From: Candidatus Woesearchaeota archaeon | Lineage (GTDB): Archaea > Nanobdellota > Nanobdellia > Woesearchaeales > UBA10216 | Assembly: GCA_016180085.1 (NCBI GenBank) | Contig: JACPBX010000007.1 | Coordinates: 1 to 53,745 of the forward strand | Direction: 5' to 3' | Length of the DNA: 53,745 nucleotides | In this document: positions 16,947 through 27,600 of the stretch, piece by piece | How the letters are laid out: the number at the start of each line of letters is the position of its first letter | Numbering within the stretch: the first letter of the stretch is position 1 | Translations under genes and position numbers: made by a program | The notes under the pieces: model-generated | The model's database searches: none | What the model was told of the DNA's origin: nothing | What the model saw: the letters and a program-made list of their open reading frames with translations, nothing else

Positions 16947-19058
16947 TCACTGGAACCTTTTAAGCTCTTTTTCTATCTTGAACTTATCTTCGATATACGC
17001 TTTGGTGCTTACTATGCCTGCCGAGAAGCTTTGCTCGAGGACCCTGAGCTTCTTGTCAAGCTCCTCCCTGCTAACAGAAGATGATGGGGCTTCCGGCTTT
17101 TCTTCTTTCTCTGTAGTCTCTGCTGTAGCCTGTTTGGCTTCTGCTGGCTTGGCTTCGATGACTTTTGTTTCAACGCCCTTTCCTTTCTCAATTACAGCAG
17201 GCAGGGTTGGCACTGAAGGCTTCCTTCCAAACCGGGCAGGCAGGATTCTGGCAAGCCTCTCGCCAAATAGGCCTTTCCGCATCCCTGTCCCTCCCCCAAC
17301 TCCGCCACCAGCACCTGCTCCAGCAACAGCAACATGCCTGTGCGGCAGGTGGTGGGAAACTATCTCTACGACCGAGATTAGGCTGAGCAGTGATGTAAGG
17401 GCGAGTAGCGCCATTATTGCCATGAAGATAATGTTGGTTTCAGTAAAGCCCTTTGCGCCAAGCTGGATTGGGCTGAGGACCTCAAAGGTGTCGCTTCCAA
17501 CAGCTACAGCAGTTTTATTCAGCATGAGCTCAGCAAACACGTAATACTGGCCTGGCCTTGCGGACCTCGGCACTTCAAGGACGCCAGTTACGCTCGCCCT
17601 TGTCTCAACAGCGACTGTCTGCTGCTTGCTCGTTATCAGGGTGTCTTCATAATCCTTTATGCCGTATACGACAGTAACGTCAAACCTTCCGGCTCCTATC
17701 AGGTTGAACATTGCAATGTCTGCAACCACAGACTCACCGGGAAGCACTGATTTTGTTTTTGGGTTTATGCTCACAAGGGCATCGAACAGGCTCTTTAGAG
17801 GAACGACTTGTATCAGGACGTTAACCACTAGCTTATCCCAGTCTCCTTTGGCAATTATCTTGCCAGAATAGGGGCCTGGCTGTGTTTCCTTGCTGACAAG
17901 GACAAGCAAACCGATTGTACGGGATTCTCCTGGTTTCAGTTCTATGTAAGATGTGTCGAGCGATACGAAGCTGCCAATCTTTTCTGCGGTTATGTCAAGC
18001 TTGAGCGTCTTCTCGCCGGTATTCGTTAGCGTGAAAGAAGCTTTTTTGAATTCACCAGGCATGATAAATACAGTTATGAGTTCATCAGAAGCATGAATAA
18101 CGAGCGCATGCTTCGCAGCAGGCGCTTCTTCGGCAGCAGGCGTAACATTAGTCTTCACTGTCGCTACGCCTCCTCCACCTCCCCCACCACCGCCTCCGCC
18201 ACCGCTAGTGGTTGATGACGCTTCCGGGCATGCCGAGGACTCTGAAGGCTTGCTGTTCGTTGTGCCGCAGTGGTTGGAGTCAGTGCATGTCCTGGTGCCG
18301 CACTGCTGTGCAGAATCAGACCAGCCTGTGCAGCTCCAGCTTTCAGTGCAGCTAAGGGCTCCCTCAAGCTTGAACAGCACGGTTGATGTGCTGAAGTTGT
18401 CAAACGTTGCTGTGCCACTGGCAACCCTGAGGTTAAACTCAACAGTCTTGTCAACGAACTCCGAGCCGTTGTACCAGAGAAGCGTATAGAACGAGAAGCT
18501 GGTGTTGACTTCTATGCTCGCAGAAGCGTTTTCAAAGCTGTTGTCTGACTCGACTGTGATGTTTTTCTGGAATTTGGTTGAATTCACAAACTCAGCAGAT
18601 TGCGAAAGCGATGGAGGGGCCGCATCGAATATGATTGTTACTGTCTCGGCAGACAGGTTTGCCTCCCACGTCAGCTGGCCTCCGGAAATGGTTATGTTCT
18701 TTACCACGCCGCTTTCGTTTACCTTTACGTTTGTTATCTTCTTCCACGAGGTTGGGATGCTTATGGTAAGGTTTTGCAGCCCTGTGCCGTTATAGCTCAT
18801 TGGCAGCTGGATTGAAATGTTCGTACCGTTGACAGAAGGCGTGGAATTTTGGGTTGGCTGTGACTGGTTAATCACAACCGGCGGTATGGTTATGCCAACG
18901 TTGACTGTTGCAGCTGCGCTTACATCGGTAGAGCCCGTGATAATGCCGGCAGCTGCCAGAAGCAGCAGCAATATTAGAAACGCAGCACGTGCCGGCTCTG
19001 CATTCTCTGCATTATGTCCAGCATGCCTTGCTTTACCTGAACAGCAGTTTTTTGCCAT
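16947..19058 (-). CDS. Exported/membrane-anchored protein with Ig-like domains, Cys motif and poly-Gly linker
   Basis: Signal/TM, N-x-S/T-rich region, CTESWSCTGWS..C..R.C.D.N.CG, poly-G, Ig-like beta domains, C-terminal TM. Start uncertain (19058 or 19097). Confidence 0.75.
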   Translation of the reverse strand: MAKNCCSGKARHAGHNAENAEPARAAFLILLLLLAAAGIITGSTDVSAAATVNVGITIPPVVINQSQPTQNSTPSVNGTNISIQLPMSYNGTGLQNLTISIPTSWKKITNVKVNESGVVKNITISGGQLTWEANLSAETVTIIFDAAPPSLSQSAEFVNSTKFQKNITVESDNSFENASASIEVNTSFSFYTLLWYNGSEFVDKTVEFNLRVASGTATFDNFSTSTVLFKLEGALSCTESWSCTGWSDSAQQCGTRTCTDSNHCGTTNSKPSESSACPEASSTTSGGGGGGGGGGGGVATVKTNVTPAAEEAPAAKHALVIHASDELITVFIMPGEFKKASFTLTNTGEKTLKLDITAEKIGSFVSLDTSYIELKPGESRTIGLLVLVSKETQPGPYSGKIIAKGDWDKLVVNVLIQVVPLKSLFDALVSINPKTKSVLPGESVVADIAMFNLIGAGRFDVTVVYGIKDYEDTLITSKQQTVAVETRASVTGVLEVPRSARPGQYYVFAELMLNKTAVAVGSDTFEVLSPIQLGAKGFTETNIIFMAIMALLALTSLLSLISVVEIVSHHLPHRHVAVAGAGAGGGVGGGTGMRKGLFGERLARILPARFGRKPSVPTLPAVIEKGKGVETKVIEAKPAEAKQATAETTEKEEKPEAPSSSVSREELDKKLRVLEQSFSAGIVSTKAYIEDKFKIEKELKRFQ

Positions 19059-19647
19059 GTTTCCCTTTTTTCCTTTTGTGAATTCTGTACGCCGCATAGG
19101 CTATCACAATCAGGATGATAACCACCCACATCTTCCCTGTTTCCTGGAGGTAATAGCCCAGGTAGAACTTGTCAGAATTCTTCTCTATCTTCACCTTGAA
19201 CTTAAGGCTTACCCCAGGCAGCAGGGAAACTATCCCGCCGGGCTCTGACGTTAGCGGCTTGACGCTATACCTGACCTCGTAAACATCTCCAACCCTTGCG
19301 CTGTCAGGCACTGTTATGTTGATGGTTACCTTGGTGTCAACGCTGCCGGCTGGCAGGATATAGACATCTTTGGGATCAACTATCCTTGCTATGTCGCCAT
19401 TGCTGCTTACATCTACTTTAACAGGCACGTCCTCTTCATCAACATTCTGCAGGGTAATCGTGAACATGGCTGAGCCGCCATCCTCTGCAAGCTCCATGGT
19501 GTTTTTTTCAAGGAAAGGCGATGAAACGCCAAGCGCCCCTGCCTCAAGCGGCATTGTCGCAAGGGCAGCCAGAGAAACGGCAAACACAAGGGCTATTGCT
19601 GCGGAAATAAGGGAAAAAAACGGGTGTTGCCTCATGACATGCTTCAT
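19033..19647 (-). CDS. Exported single Ig-like domain protein with C-terminal TM
   Basis: Signal peptide, FTITLQN...INITVP..A.VG..Y, TM followed by a basic tail. Confidence 0.75.
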   Translation of the reverse strand: MKHVMRQHPFFSLISAAIALVFAVSLAALATMPLEAGALGVSSPFLEKNTMELAEDGGSAMFTITLQNVDEEDVPVKVDVSSNGDIARIVDPKDVYILPAGSVDTKVTINITVPDSARVGDVYEVRYSVKPLTSEPGGIVSLLPGVSLKFKVKIEKNSDKFYLGYYLQETGKMWVVIILIVIAYAAYRIHKRKKGKHGKKLLFR

Positions 19648-19707
19648 AACATCCTAAAATAAGGTGGCGCATTTATAACTTTTACTGCGTTTGCTATGCT
19701 TTTGCCT

Positions 19708-20652
19708 TTACTCTGTCCATACTTCCCATGCGCGCGATGAGTTGTAGGTTACTCCTGAGCTCAGGCCCTTGTTGCTGGGCACGTCTATGTAGATGTAAAG
19801 TGTCCTGTTTCCTAGCCTGTCACCCTCGTTTGTTGTCTTGTGAGGCAGCGTTGCCGATAGTGGGCCGTTACTGTCTGTAACATTCATTGGAGTTGCGTTT
19901 ACCATGCTATCACCAAATCCTGAGCTTGACGATTGTGTTGCGTTGATGCTGAAGTTGCCGCCTCCCAGCTTGAAGAAGTCTGTCAGGCTGGCGTTCAGGT
20001 CGTAGGGCGTAACGTTAATCTGGGTGAAGTCAAAGTTGCCTGTGTTGTTTATGACTATGCCAACTTCCTTGTTGGTGTCGCCAAGGTTGGCGCTTGTGAT
20101 TGACGAGTTCAGCATGAGCTTGAATGCTGAAAGGCTGCCTACGCTCACGTTATGGCCTGCGCCGTTGTTGTTGTTTCCGGCGCTTAGCGAGTCATTGAAG
20201 GCAATAGAGCCTGCATTGTCAGCTGCAGTCAGGTTAATGCTCCAGATTGTGGTTGCGTTGTTGAAGTAGCTGAATGCGACCATGCAGCTGTAAGTCCTTG
20301 TTGTTGAGCTTGCATCCTGTGTCACACAATTGCCGCTGTCATTGGTCAGGGTTATGCCGTTATAGGTTATGTTAACGCGCGATTTGGTATTGTCGATGTT
20401 CGCGGTTCCGTCAGCGTCTGTCACATTAAAGTTTACAGTGAACTGGGTCTTGCCTCCGTCTGTCAGCGATACTGTGCCATTCAGGGCGACACTGCCGTTA
20501 AAAACAACAGGCGCTGTGTTTCCAGTACTGACAGCGATATACAAGGAGTACGGCCCAACACGCGCAGCAACAGCACCGCCAACAAGAACCAGCAAGAAGA
20601 CAATAGCAGGAACATAAATATCCCTAAGACGCCCCTCTTTTAACCAATCCAT
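19708..20652 (-). CDS. Exported glycoprotein paralogous to the C-terminal ~270 aa of the 2494-aa protein
   Basis: NTAPVVFNGSVALN...YIYIDVPSNKGLSSGVTYNSSRAWEVWTE versus NTAPIVFNSSVALN...YIYIDVPQNKGLSTGVTYNISAAWEIWAE. Confidence 0.85.
   Translation of the reverse strand: MDWLKEGRLRDIYVPAIVFLLVLVGGAVAARVGPYSLYIAVSTGNTAPVVFNGSVALNGTVSLTDGGKTQFTVNFNVTDADGTANIDNTKSRVNITYNGITLTNDSGNCVTQDASSTTRTYSCMVAFSYFNNATTIWSINLTAADNAGSIAFNDSLSAGNNNNGAGHNVSVGSLSAFKLMLNSSITSANLGDTNKEVGIVINNTGNFDFTQINVTPYDLNASLTDFFKLGGGNFSINATQSSSSGFGDSMVNATPMNVTDSNGPLSATLPHKTTNEGDRLGNRTLYIYIDVPSNKGLSSGVTYNSSRAWEVWTE
19978..20049 (-). repeat. 72-bp near-identical repeat, inverted relative to 28799-28870
   Basis: 71/72 identity (AAC versus AAT Asn codon), encoding NNTGNFDFTQINVTPYDLNASLTD. 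Confidence 0.85.
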
Positions 20653-21048
20653 CTCTGTAACCTGTTTTAGCGTGATTTATCGGCATTCATGACCATATGC
20701 TGCTATACACATCTTTAGTTTGATATACGCATCACTATATTAATCTACCCTTCTTTGCAACAATCCATATTTAAACTTTTGGATATTCACCATGGTTAAC
20801 TCGGAACGCGCTAAAGACCAGTTCAAAAGCCATTCAATATCAGTTCAATGTGCTAGGTCACTCGTTCTTACTTCTACACACATAACAAGTAATTTTACAT
20901 TTTTATTAGGTATTAATTAGCAAAACATTTATAATTAAAACATACAAGATAAGCTATTTCTGAGAGGCAGCCTTTGACAGAAAACTTTAAAAACAACACA
21001 AATTAGGTTAAAATACATACATTATAGGACAATAATAGGACTTCCTAG

Positions 21049-21669
21049 ATGAAAAAGTCTGGAAAAAGAGGCGTTGGCAGGCGTTTTGCTAGCGATGCCT
21101 CTCCTTCTTCTCCTCAGAAATACCATCCAGCCCTGGTTTCTTCCCGGATAATAAAAAGAGCTGTTGAGGAGCTCTGCGCAAGGCTTGGCTTGAGCGAGGA
21201 GCAGGTTGTCAGGCTGCTTGAGGAAAGGGGCGAGGCAATCCATATCCCTGTTTCTATATTTTCTAATACAAAGCTTAGCGGCCTTGAGCTCGTCTGCAAA
21301 TACCTGAAAGAAGAGCTCAGCATCCATTTCTCGGAAATTTCAAAGCTGTTGAACAGGGATTACAGGACTGTCTGGACAACCTACTCAATAGCCAGCAAGA
21401 AGCACAAAGGAGCGCTTTCTGTTCCCAGGAGCAAATACTTCTTTCCAACATTAATTCTGACAGACAGGAGGCTGAGTGTTCTCGAGGCAATTGTTTCCTA
21501 CCTGAAAGATGAGCTTGGGCTGCGGTTCACCGAGATAGGCAGCGAGCTGCACCGCGACCAGCGCAACATCTGGACGGTTTACAGGCGAGCCAAGAGGAAA
21601 CTGGCCGCATCTGCTGGAGAGAAATCAGGAAAATCAGGTCCAGAAGGAGAAGATGAAAATACCAAGTGA
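21049..21669 (+). CDS. Protein with duplicated HTH-like module (putative regulator)
   Basis: Two repeats: LSGLELVCKYLKEELSIHFSEISKLLNRDYRTVWTTY and LSVLEAIVSYLKDELGLRFTEIGSELHRDQRNIWTVY. Confidence 0.8.
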   Translation: MKKSGKRGVGRRFASDASPSSPQKYHPALVSSRIIKRAVEELCARLGLSEEQVVRLLEERGEAIHIPVSIFSNTKLSGLELVCKYLKEELSIHFSEISKLLNRDYRTVWTTYSIASKKHKGALSVPRSKYFFPTLILTDRRLSVLEAIVSYLKDELGLRFTEIGSELHRDQRNIWTVYRRAKRKLAASAGEKSGKSGPEGEDENTK

Positions 21670-24600
21670 GTTTGAACTGCGAAGCAGGCTTGAAGCCCTG
21701 CAGCGAGCCAGGGAAGGCTGCGAAGAGCGCAAGATAGAGCTCTTCAAAGCTATCAACAAGCTCAAGCAGGACCTGCAGGAAGGGCTGATAGGTGAGCAGC
21801 GCTACAATGCTGAGATTGCAAAGCTGCCGAAAAGCCCGCAGCAGATAATCTCAGACTGCAACAGCGAGATTGCTGCAATAGATGTAGACATTGACTCGTG
21901 CAGGGAACAGCTGAGCAGCCTGCGTGAGGATAAGAAGAATGAGAGAATCAGGACTGCCGTCATCCTTGCGGCGCTGCTGCTTTTCAGCGTTGGCTTGCCG
22001 CTGCTTACCATAAAGCTGACAGGGTTTGTTGTAAGTGAGGAGGTAACGGCTTACACCCAGGACATCACAACAAACTTCACAGCATCACAGACCTTTGCGC
22101 TGAACATTGAAAGAACCGGAGGCGTTGGTGAGCTTAGAAGCCTGCTGCTTGGAGGAAAGCTTATCGGGGATGGAAAGGCAAGGGTTTACCTGGAAAGAGG
22201 CACTGAGCGCTACCTGATACTTAACGAGTCTGCGATTAAGGAAAAGGGCGTGACAAGCGCAAAGGCCCTGACTTCAATAACAGGTCGTGCAGTAGAAGAA
22301 GTCAAGGAAGCAAAGGCTGGAAAGCCGGAGGAAGCCAAAGAAAAGGCGAAGGAAGAAAAGACAAAAGAGCTGGGTAAAGAAGAAACTGCAGAGAACGCAA
22401 CGCAAATACCATTATCGAACGAAACAGAAGCCAATGCGACATCTGAAAATGCCACAGCCGAGATTACGTTGCCTGCTCCAGAACAGGAAGCAGCCTTGCA
22501 GAATGAAACTCAGAACTTGACGCAGAACGAAACCCTGAACCAGACACAGCCGCCAGAGGCAGAGCCTGAGCTGCCGCCTGAGCTGCCTTCTGCTATTGAA
22601 GTTGAGAAAGCAATAAACGTCAGCTTGGCTTACAAGTCGGGCACAATCTTTGATGCCAATGACGATGGCATAGAGCTTGACATCCTGGCAATAGACTTCA
22701 CAGTTGAGGGCACAAACTTCAGCTGGGATGCTGACCAGTCCAAGCTGTGCACGAGGTGGGTAACGCACTCAATTGATGACAACTCCGACAGCTCAATCTG
22801 CCATGGCAGCGCCGAGTGCTGCGCCCTGGTTGAGCTGACTCCGTTTGAGGAGAACTGGGATACACCCTTAGATGTTTTCGTTGGAAGGTATGGCGCAACC
22901 TACAACAACACGGTAAGCAGCCAGGTTATCTTTGCCAATTACAGTCTGGACCCTGAAAACGTTTACTCGGAGATATACTACAGCGAATTCAGCAGCCTGC
23001 CTGCAAAGTTCGCTACTGTTCCTCCGCTTGAAGGAGGCATCATGAATGAAACAAACAAAACCGTTGCTGTTACTGAGTTCAGCAACGTGTGCGTTGAAAC
23101 TTGCTCCTTATCCGGAATTGCTGGCTTGAACCTCAGCGAATACACCTTGGTTATTGAGGTTGAAAACGCCACATTAACGCTTAGCAACGTGACTTACACA
23201 TTGGCAAAGGTTACTGAGATTGACATAGAACCGCCAATAGTGACAATTACTCAGCCGAGAAACACAACATACACTGAAACAATAGCTTCAGGTGAAGTTA
23301 GAAATACCACAACGCTGAGGCTTGACTTCACAGTAAACGAACCAGCAAACTCAGTATGGTACTCGCTGAACAGCCAGGACAGCGTGACCATCGCCACGGA
23401 CACAGCCGCAGGCACAACAGCCACAACAATTACAGCAGCTAATGGAACAAACACGCTGCTGCTGTTTGCCAATGACACTTCCGGCAACGTTGGCTATGCT
23501 GTTGCTGAGTTTTTCGTGAACATCACAGCCGTGCCAATAGTAGTAATAGACTTAGAGCCTCCGATAATAAACATCTCATCGCCGCTGCCGAACGCAACAT
23601 ACAACACAACCTTTGTTCCATTGAGCTTCGCGCTTAGCGAGCCTGCAACAGTGAGCTACTTCCTCAACCTACAGAATAAGACTGAAATAGCTTCCAATGT
23701 GACTTTGGCTGCCGAGGAGGGAAGAAACCGCTTGTTGCTGCTCGCAACAGACATTGCCGGAAACGTCGCCCATGAGTCTATTGTGTTCTTCGTGAACACC
23801 AGCAACGTAACAGCAGCAAACATTACAGTCAATATTACGCCGCTGCTGAAGTCAAAGAAATCGCACTTCAAGCTTGGCGAAGATGCTGAGCTTGAGTTTG
23901 AGTACATCCAGAAGAAAGAGCTTGTGAAGGCTGGGAAGTGGAAGGACGGGTACGAGGCTTACGAGGACGAAGATGATTATGAGGAATTCCTTGAAACTGT
24001 TTCTGCTGCTAAGAAATCAGCGGTTGAACAGGCTATAGCTGCTGAAAAGGCAAAGCCCAAGCGCAGGCAGGTCGGCGAATGGGCAGCGCCAAACGAAACG
24101 ATAACAGCGCAGCTATTTGACAGCGAAGGAAGGGAAGTGGGCATTGGCGCAGAAATAGAGGAGCTAAGGGAGGGCAGATTCGGCATTAAGCTGCCAAAGC
24201 AGAGAGCATTCAAGGCCGGGTTATACACGTTAATGCTTAGCTTTACAAAAGATGGCACAATTTACACCGAACAACAAGACTTCACCTGGGGAGTCCTTGC
24301 CATTAACACGAACAAGTCAATCTTCCTGCCGAATGAGGATGCGTTCGTTGCGATGGCTGTGCTTGATGACCAAGGGCACATGGTGTGCGATGCTGACGTA
24401 ACATTGACCATTACAGACCCGGCAGGCGAAGCAGCAACGTTAACAACAACGAACAGCGAAATAAGCGTTTCAGACGAGTGCAAGGTTCTAGGCGTAACCA
24501 ACCTGCCGGACTACTACACAACCTACAAAGTTAAAGGAGCTGGAACTTACGTGATGAACCTCACAGCAGCAACTGCTAACGGCGTAAGGACAATACTTGA

Positions 24601-27600
24601 CAACTTCACAGTCCAAAGCCAAGTTGACTTTGACGTTGCAAGAGCAGGCCCAACCAGAATATATCCGCCAGTGCCTTACACGATGAACTTTACCGTAACT
24701 GCCAGCGACAGCTACAACGGCCAAATAACAGAATTTGTTCCCGCTTCATTTGTAATAGCGCCGCAGGACGGCTTAACCGTTGCAACAGCTGCCGGTGCAA
24801 AGGTGCTGACGTGGAACAAGGCGCTGAAGAAGGGCGAAACAGCCAGCTTCTACTACCAGTTTGACGCCCCTGACATAAGCCCCGAGTTCTACGTCTTAGG
24901 TGAATTGGGAATAGGAGCGTGGAAGGAAGCAAGGCAGTGGCAGATAGCATCAGACCTTGTTCCTGCCCAAGACGTTAACTTCACAACCCCCGATGCGGCA
25001 GCCCCGGGCATGAACATAATTGTCCAGTTTGTGGGTGCAAGCTTTAACGATTCAGAGATTGTCAAATTAAACGTAAGCTCCTCTGTCATCTTCGTTGGCC
25101 AGCCTATTGTGTCCAATGAGAGCGGGCATGCGAACATAAGCGGCAAGGTTTTGACAGTGCCTTTCTTCATCAACGCCTCTGCCGCTAACCAGGACGTTCA
25201 GGTAAACGTTTCCGGAAAACAGGTGAATGGTGTGTTCAAAATAATCACGCCGGCACCTCAAAGCGGCAACTTTACTGGCCTGAGCGGAAATCGGGTGCTT
25301 GGCAACGTTTCGAATGGCAACAGGACAAAAGGGGGAACAATTGTCCTTGACTCTCTGATAATACCGTCAGGGCTTACTGTCACCATAAACCTGTCTGATT
25401 CAAACACTGCAAAACAAGGCGACCAGGGCTACCTGCCTGCGGTGCTGGTTGTTGACGGGCCTGTGGATATTCAGGGAATATTGAGCGTTAATGGTTCTGA
25501 TGCTGGAGCAGTAAGCGGAGATATTGGAGGCCAGGGTGGAGATGGAGGCCCAGGCGGTGGAGGCGGAGGGGCAGGAGGAGGAGACATAGCAACGCAAAAC
25601 AGGGGAGGCCATGGCTTTACAGGAGGTGGGGGAGGCTCATGCGAAGGTGACCAGGCTCTATGTATTGAAGGCAAGGGTGGGAACGGCACTGGCACTCAAG
25701 GCGGAAACGCAACACAAACAGGCGCTGCCACATCCGGTTGGGGAGGCGATGGCGGTAATTCAACAACACCGTACGCAGTTGGTGCCACAGGCGGAAAAGG
25801 CGACGGCGTTGACGGCTCAGGAGGAGGAGGAGGCACTGGCTTCTTCTTCGGCACCAGCGGAAAAGGCGGTGTGGATACTACTGACGCAGAAGGCGCAGGA
25901 GGATTTGGAGGAGGAGGAGGCTCGTTCGCTGATGCAGGCGGAGGCGGTGGCTACGGCACAGCAGGCGTAACCCTCACCGGTGGCGGCGGCAGTGTTTACG
26001 GCAATGCGCAGATTGTTCCTTTAACAGGCGGCTCAGGCGGTGGAGGAGGAGGAGCTACAAGCTCAGCAGGCGGAGGCGGTGGAGGAGGAGGAGGGGCAGT
26101 CCTTATCATTGCTTCTGGAAACGTGAGCGTTTCAGGAACAGTTGCATCAATTGGCGGAGCTGGCAGCTCAAACACAGCTGATACTGCTGGTGAAGGTGAT
26201 GGTGGAGGAGGCTCTGGCGGGGCAATTGTCATTCAGTCATCAAACGTTTCAGTAACCGGCACCTTAACAACTCTTAATGGAACTTCAGGAGTAACCGCCG
26301 CGCCTGCTGGCGCTGGCAGAGTGAGGGTTGACGGCTTGGGCGACACAAGCGCCTTCGCAGGAGAGACAATTTCCGGAAGCAACTATACGGGCCCTGCAAT
26401 CAAGGAAGTTACAAGCACAAGCGTAATTGGCGTGGCAAACATAACCTCCGACGTACGGGTTATCGTGCAGAACCTGTCAAACAGCAACAGCTCGTTCTCA
26501 GGCACAACAGACACAGCTGGCAGCTTTAACATTGCAGTTACATGGTACACGGGCACGAATTTCATCACTGTTATCCAGAATACCAGCACGGCAAGCGACG
26601 TGGTTTCTGTCCACAGTTCTGCTGCCTTGGCAACATACTTTTATACTCCGCCGCCTTCGGACACAACGGTCCCGGACGTCGCCATCATAGTTCCCAGACG
26701 CGCAGACCTGAACAACACCAACATCTCAGGAAATTTCGTGATTAACGCCTCAGTCAACGACTCGGCGAGCAATGTGCTCCAGGTAAACCTGACAATTTAC
26801 AACCACACAGGCAACGTTACCAAGCTTGTGCCGATGAACATAAGCACAGGCACCAGGCTGAGCGGCTACTGGAACAAGACCTTCGACAGCACAACCTTGC
26901 CGGATGGACGCTACAACTTAAGCGTCAACGCAACAGACTCGGCAGCAACTCCAAACACTGCCATATCAGCAAACGTTTCAATAACAATAGACAATACCAA
27001 GCCTAACGCGACAATAGTCAACCCGCTGAACAACACAAACATCTCAGCAACAATGCTAATCAACGCCTCAGTCAACGACTCGCTCAGCAAGGTGTTCAAC
27101 GTGACATTCATGCTGTACAACAATACGGTAAACGCCACAGGCTGGCTCCTTGCAACCAATGGCGCAAACACCATAGACCAGGGCTACTGGAACACAACAT
27201 TCAACACAACAACTATCCGGGAAGCAGCATACAACATAACCATCAACGCGACAGACTTCTCAGGAAACCAGCTTGTCCTGAACCTGTCAACTGTAATAAT
27301 AGACAACACCAGGCCTAACGCCACAACTCTCTTGCCAGCCAACCAAAGCAACCTGAGCGGAACAGTGACAATCAGGGCAGGAGCCAACGACTCCCTGACA
27401 GGCATTCTCAACGTGACGTTCCAGTTCAGGAACAGCACAAACCAGACCAGCAGGGAACTTGCAACATTAAACACAGGAACCATCTACGCTGGAGAGTGGA
27501 CAGCAACTTACAACACAGCGCAGCTTGCAGACGGCAAATACAACATAACGTTCAACGCAACAGACTTCGCTGGCAGCAGCAACGTAACAGACGCAGGCAA

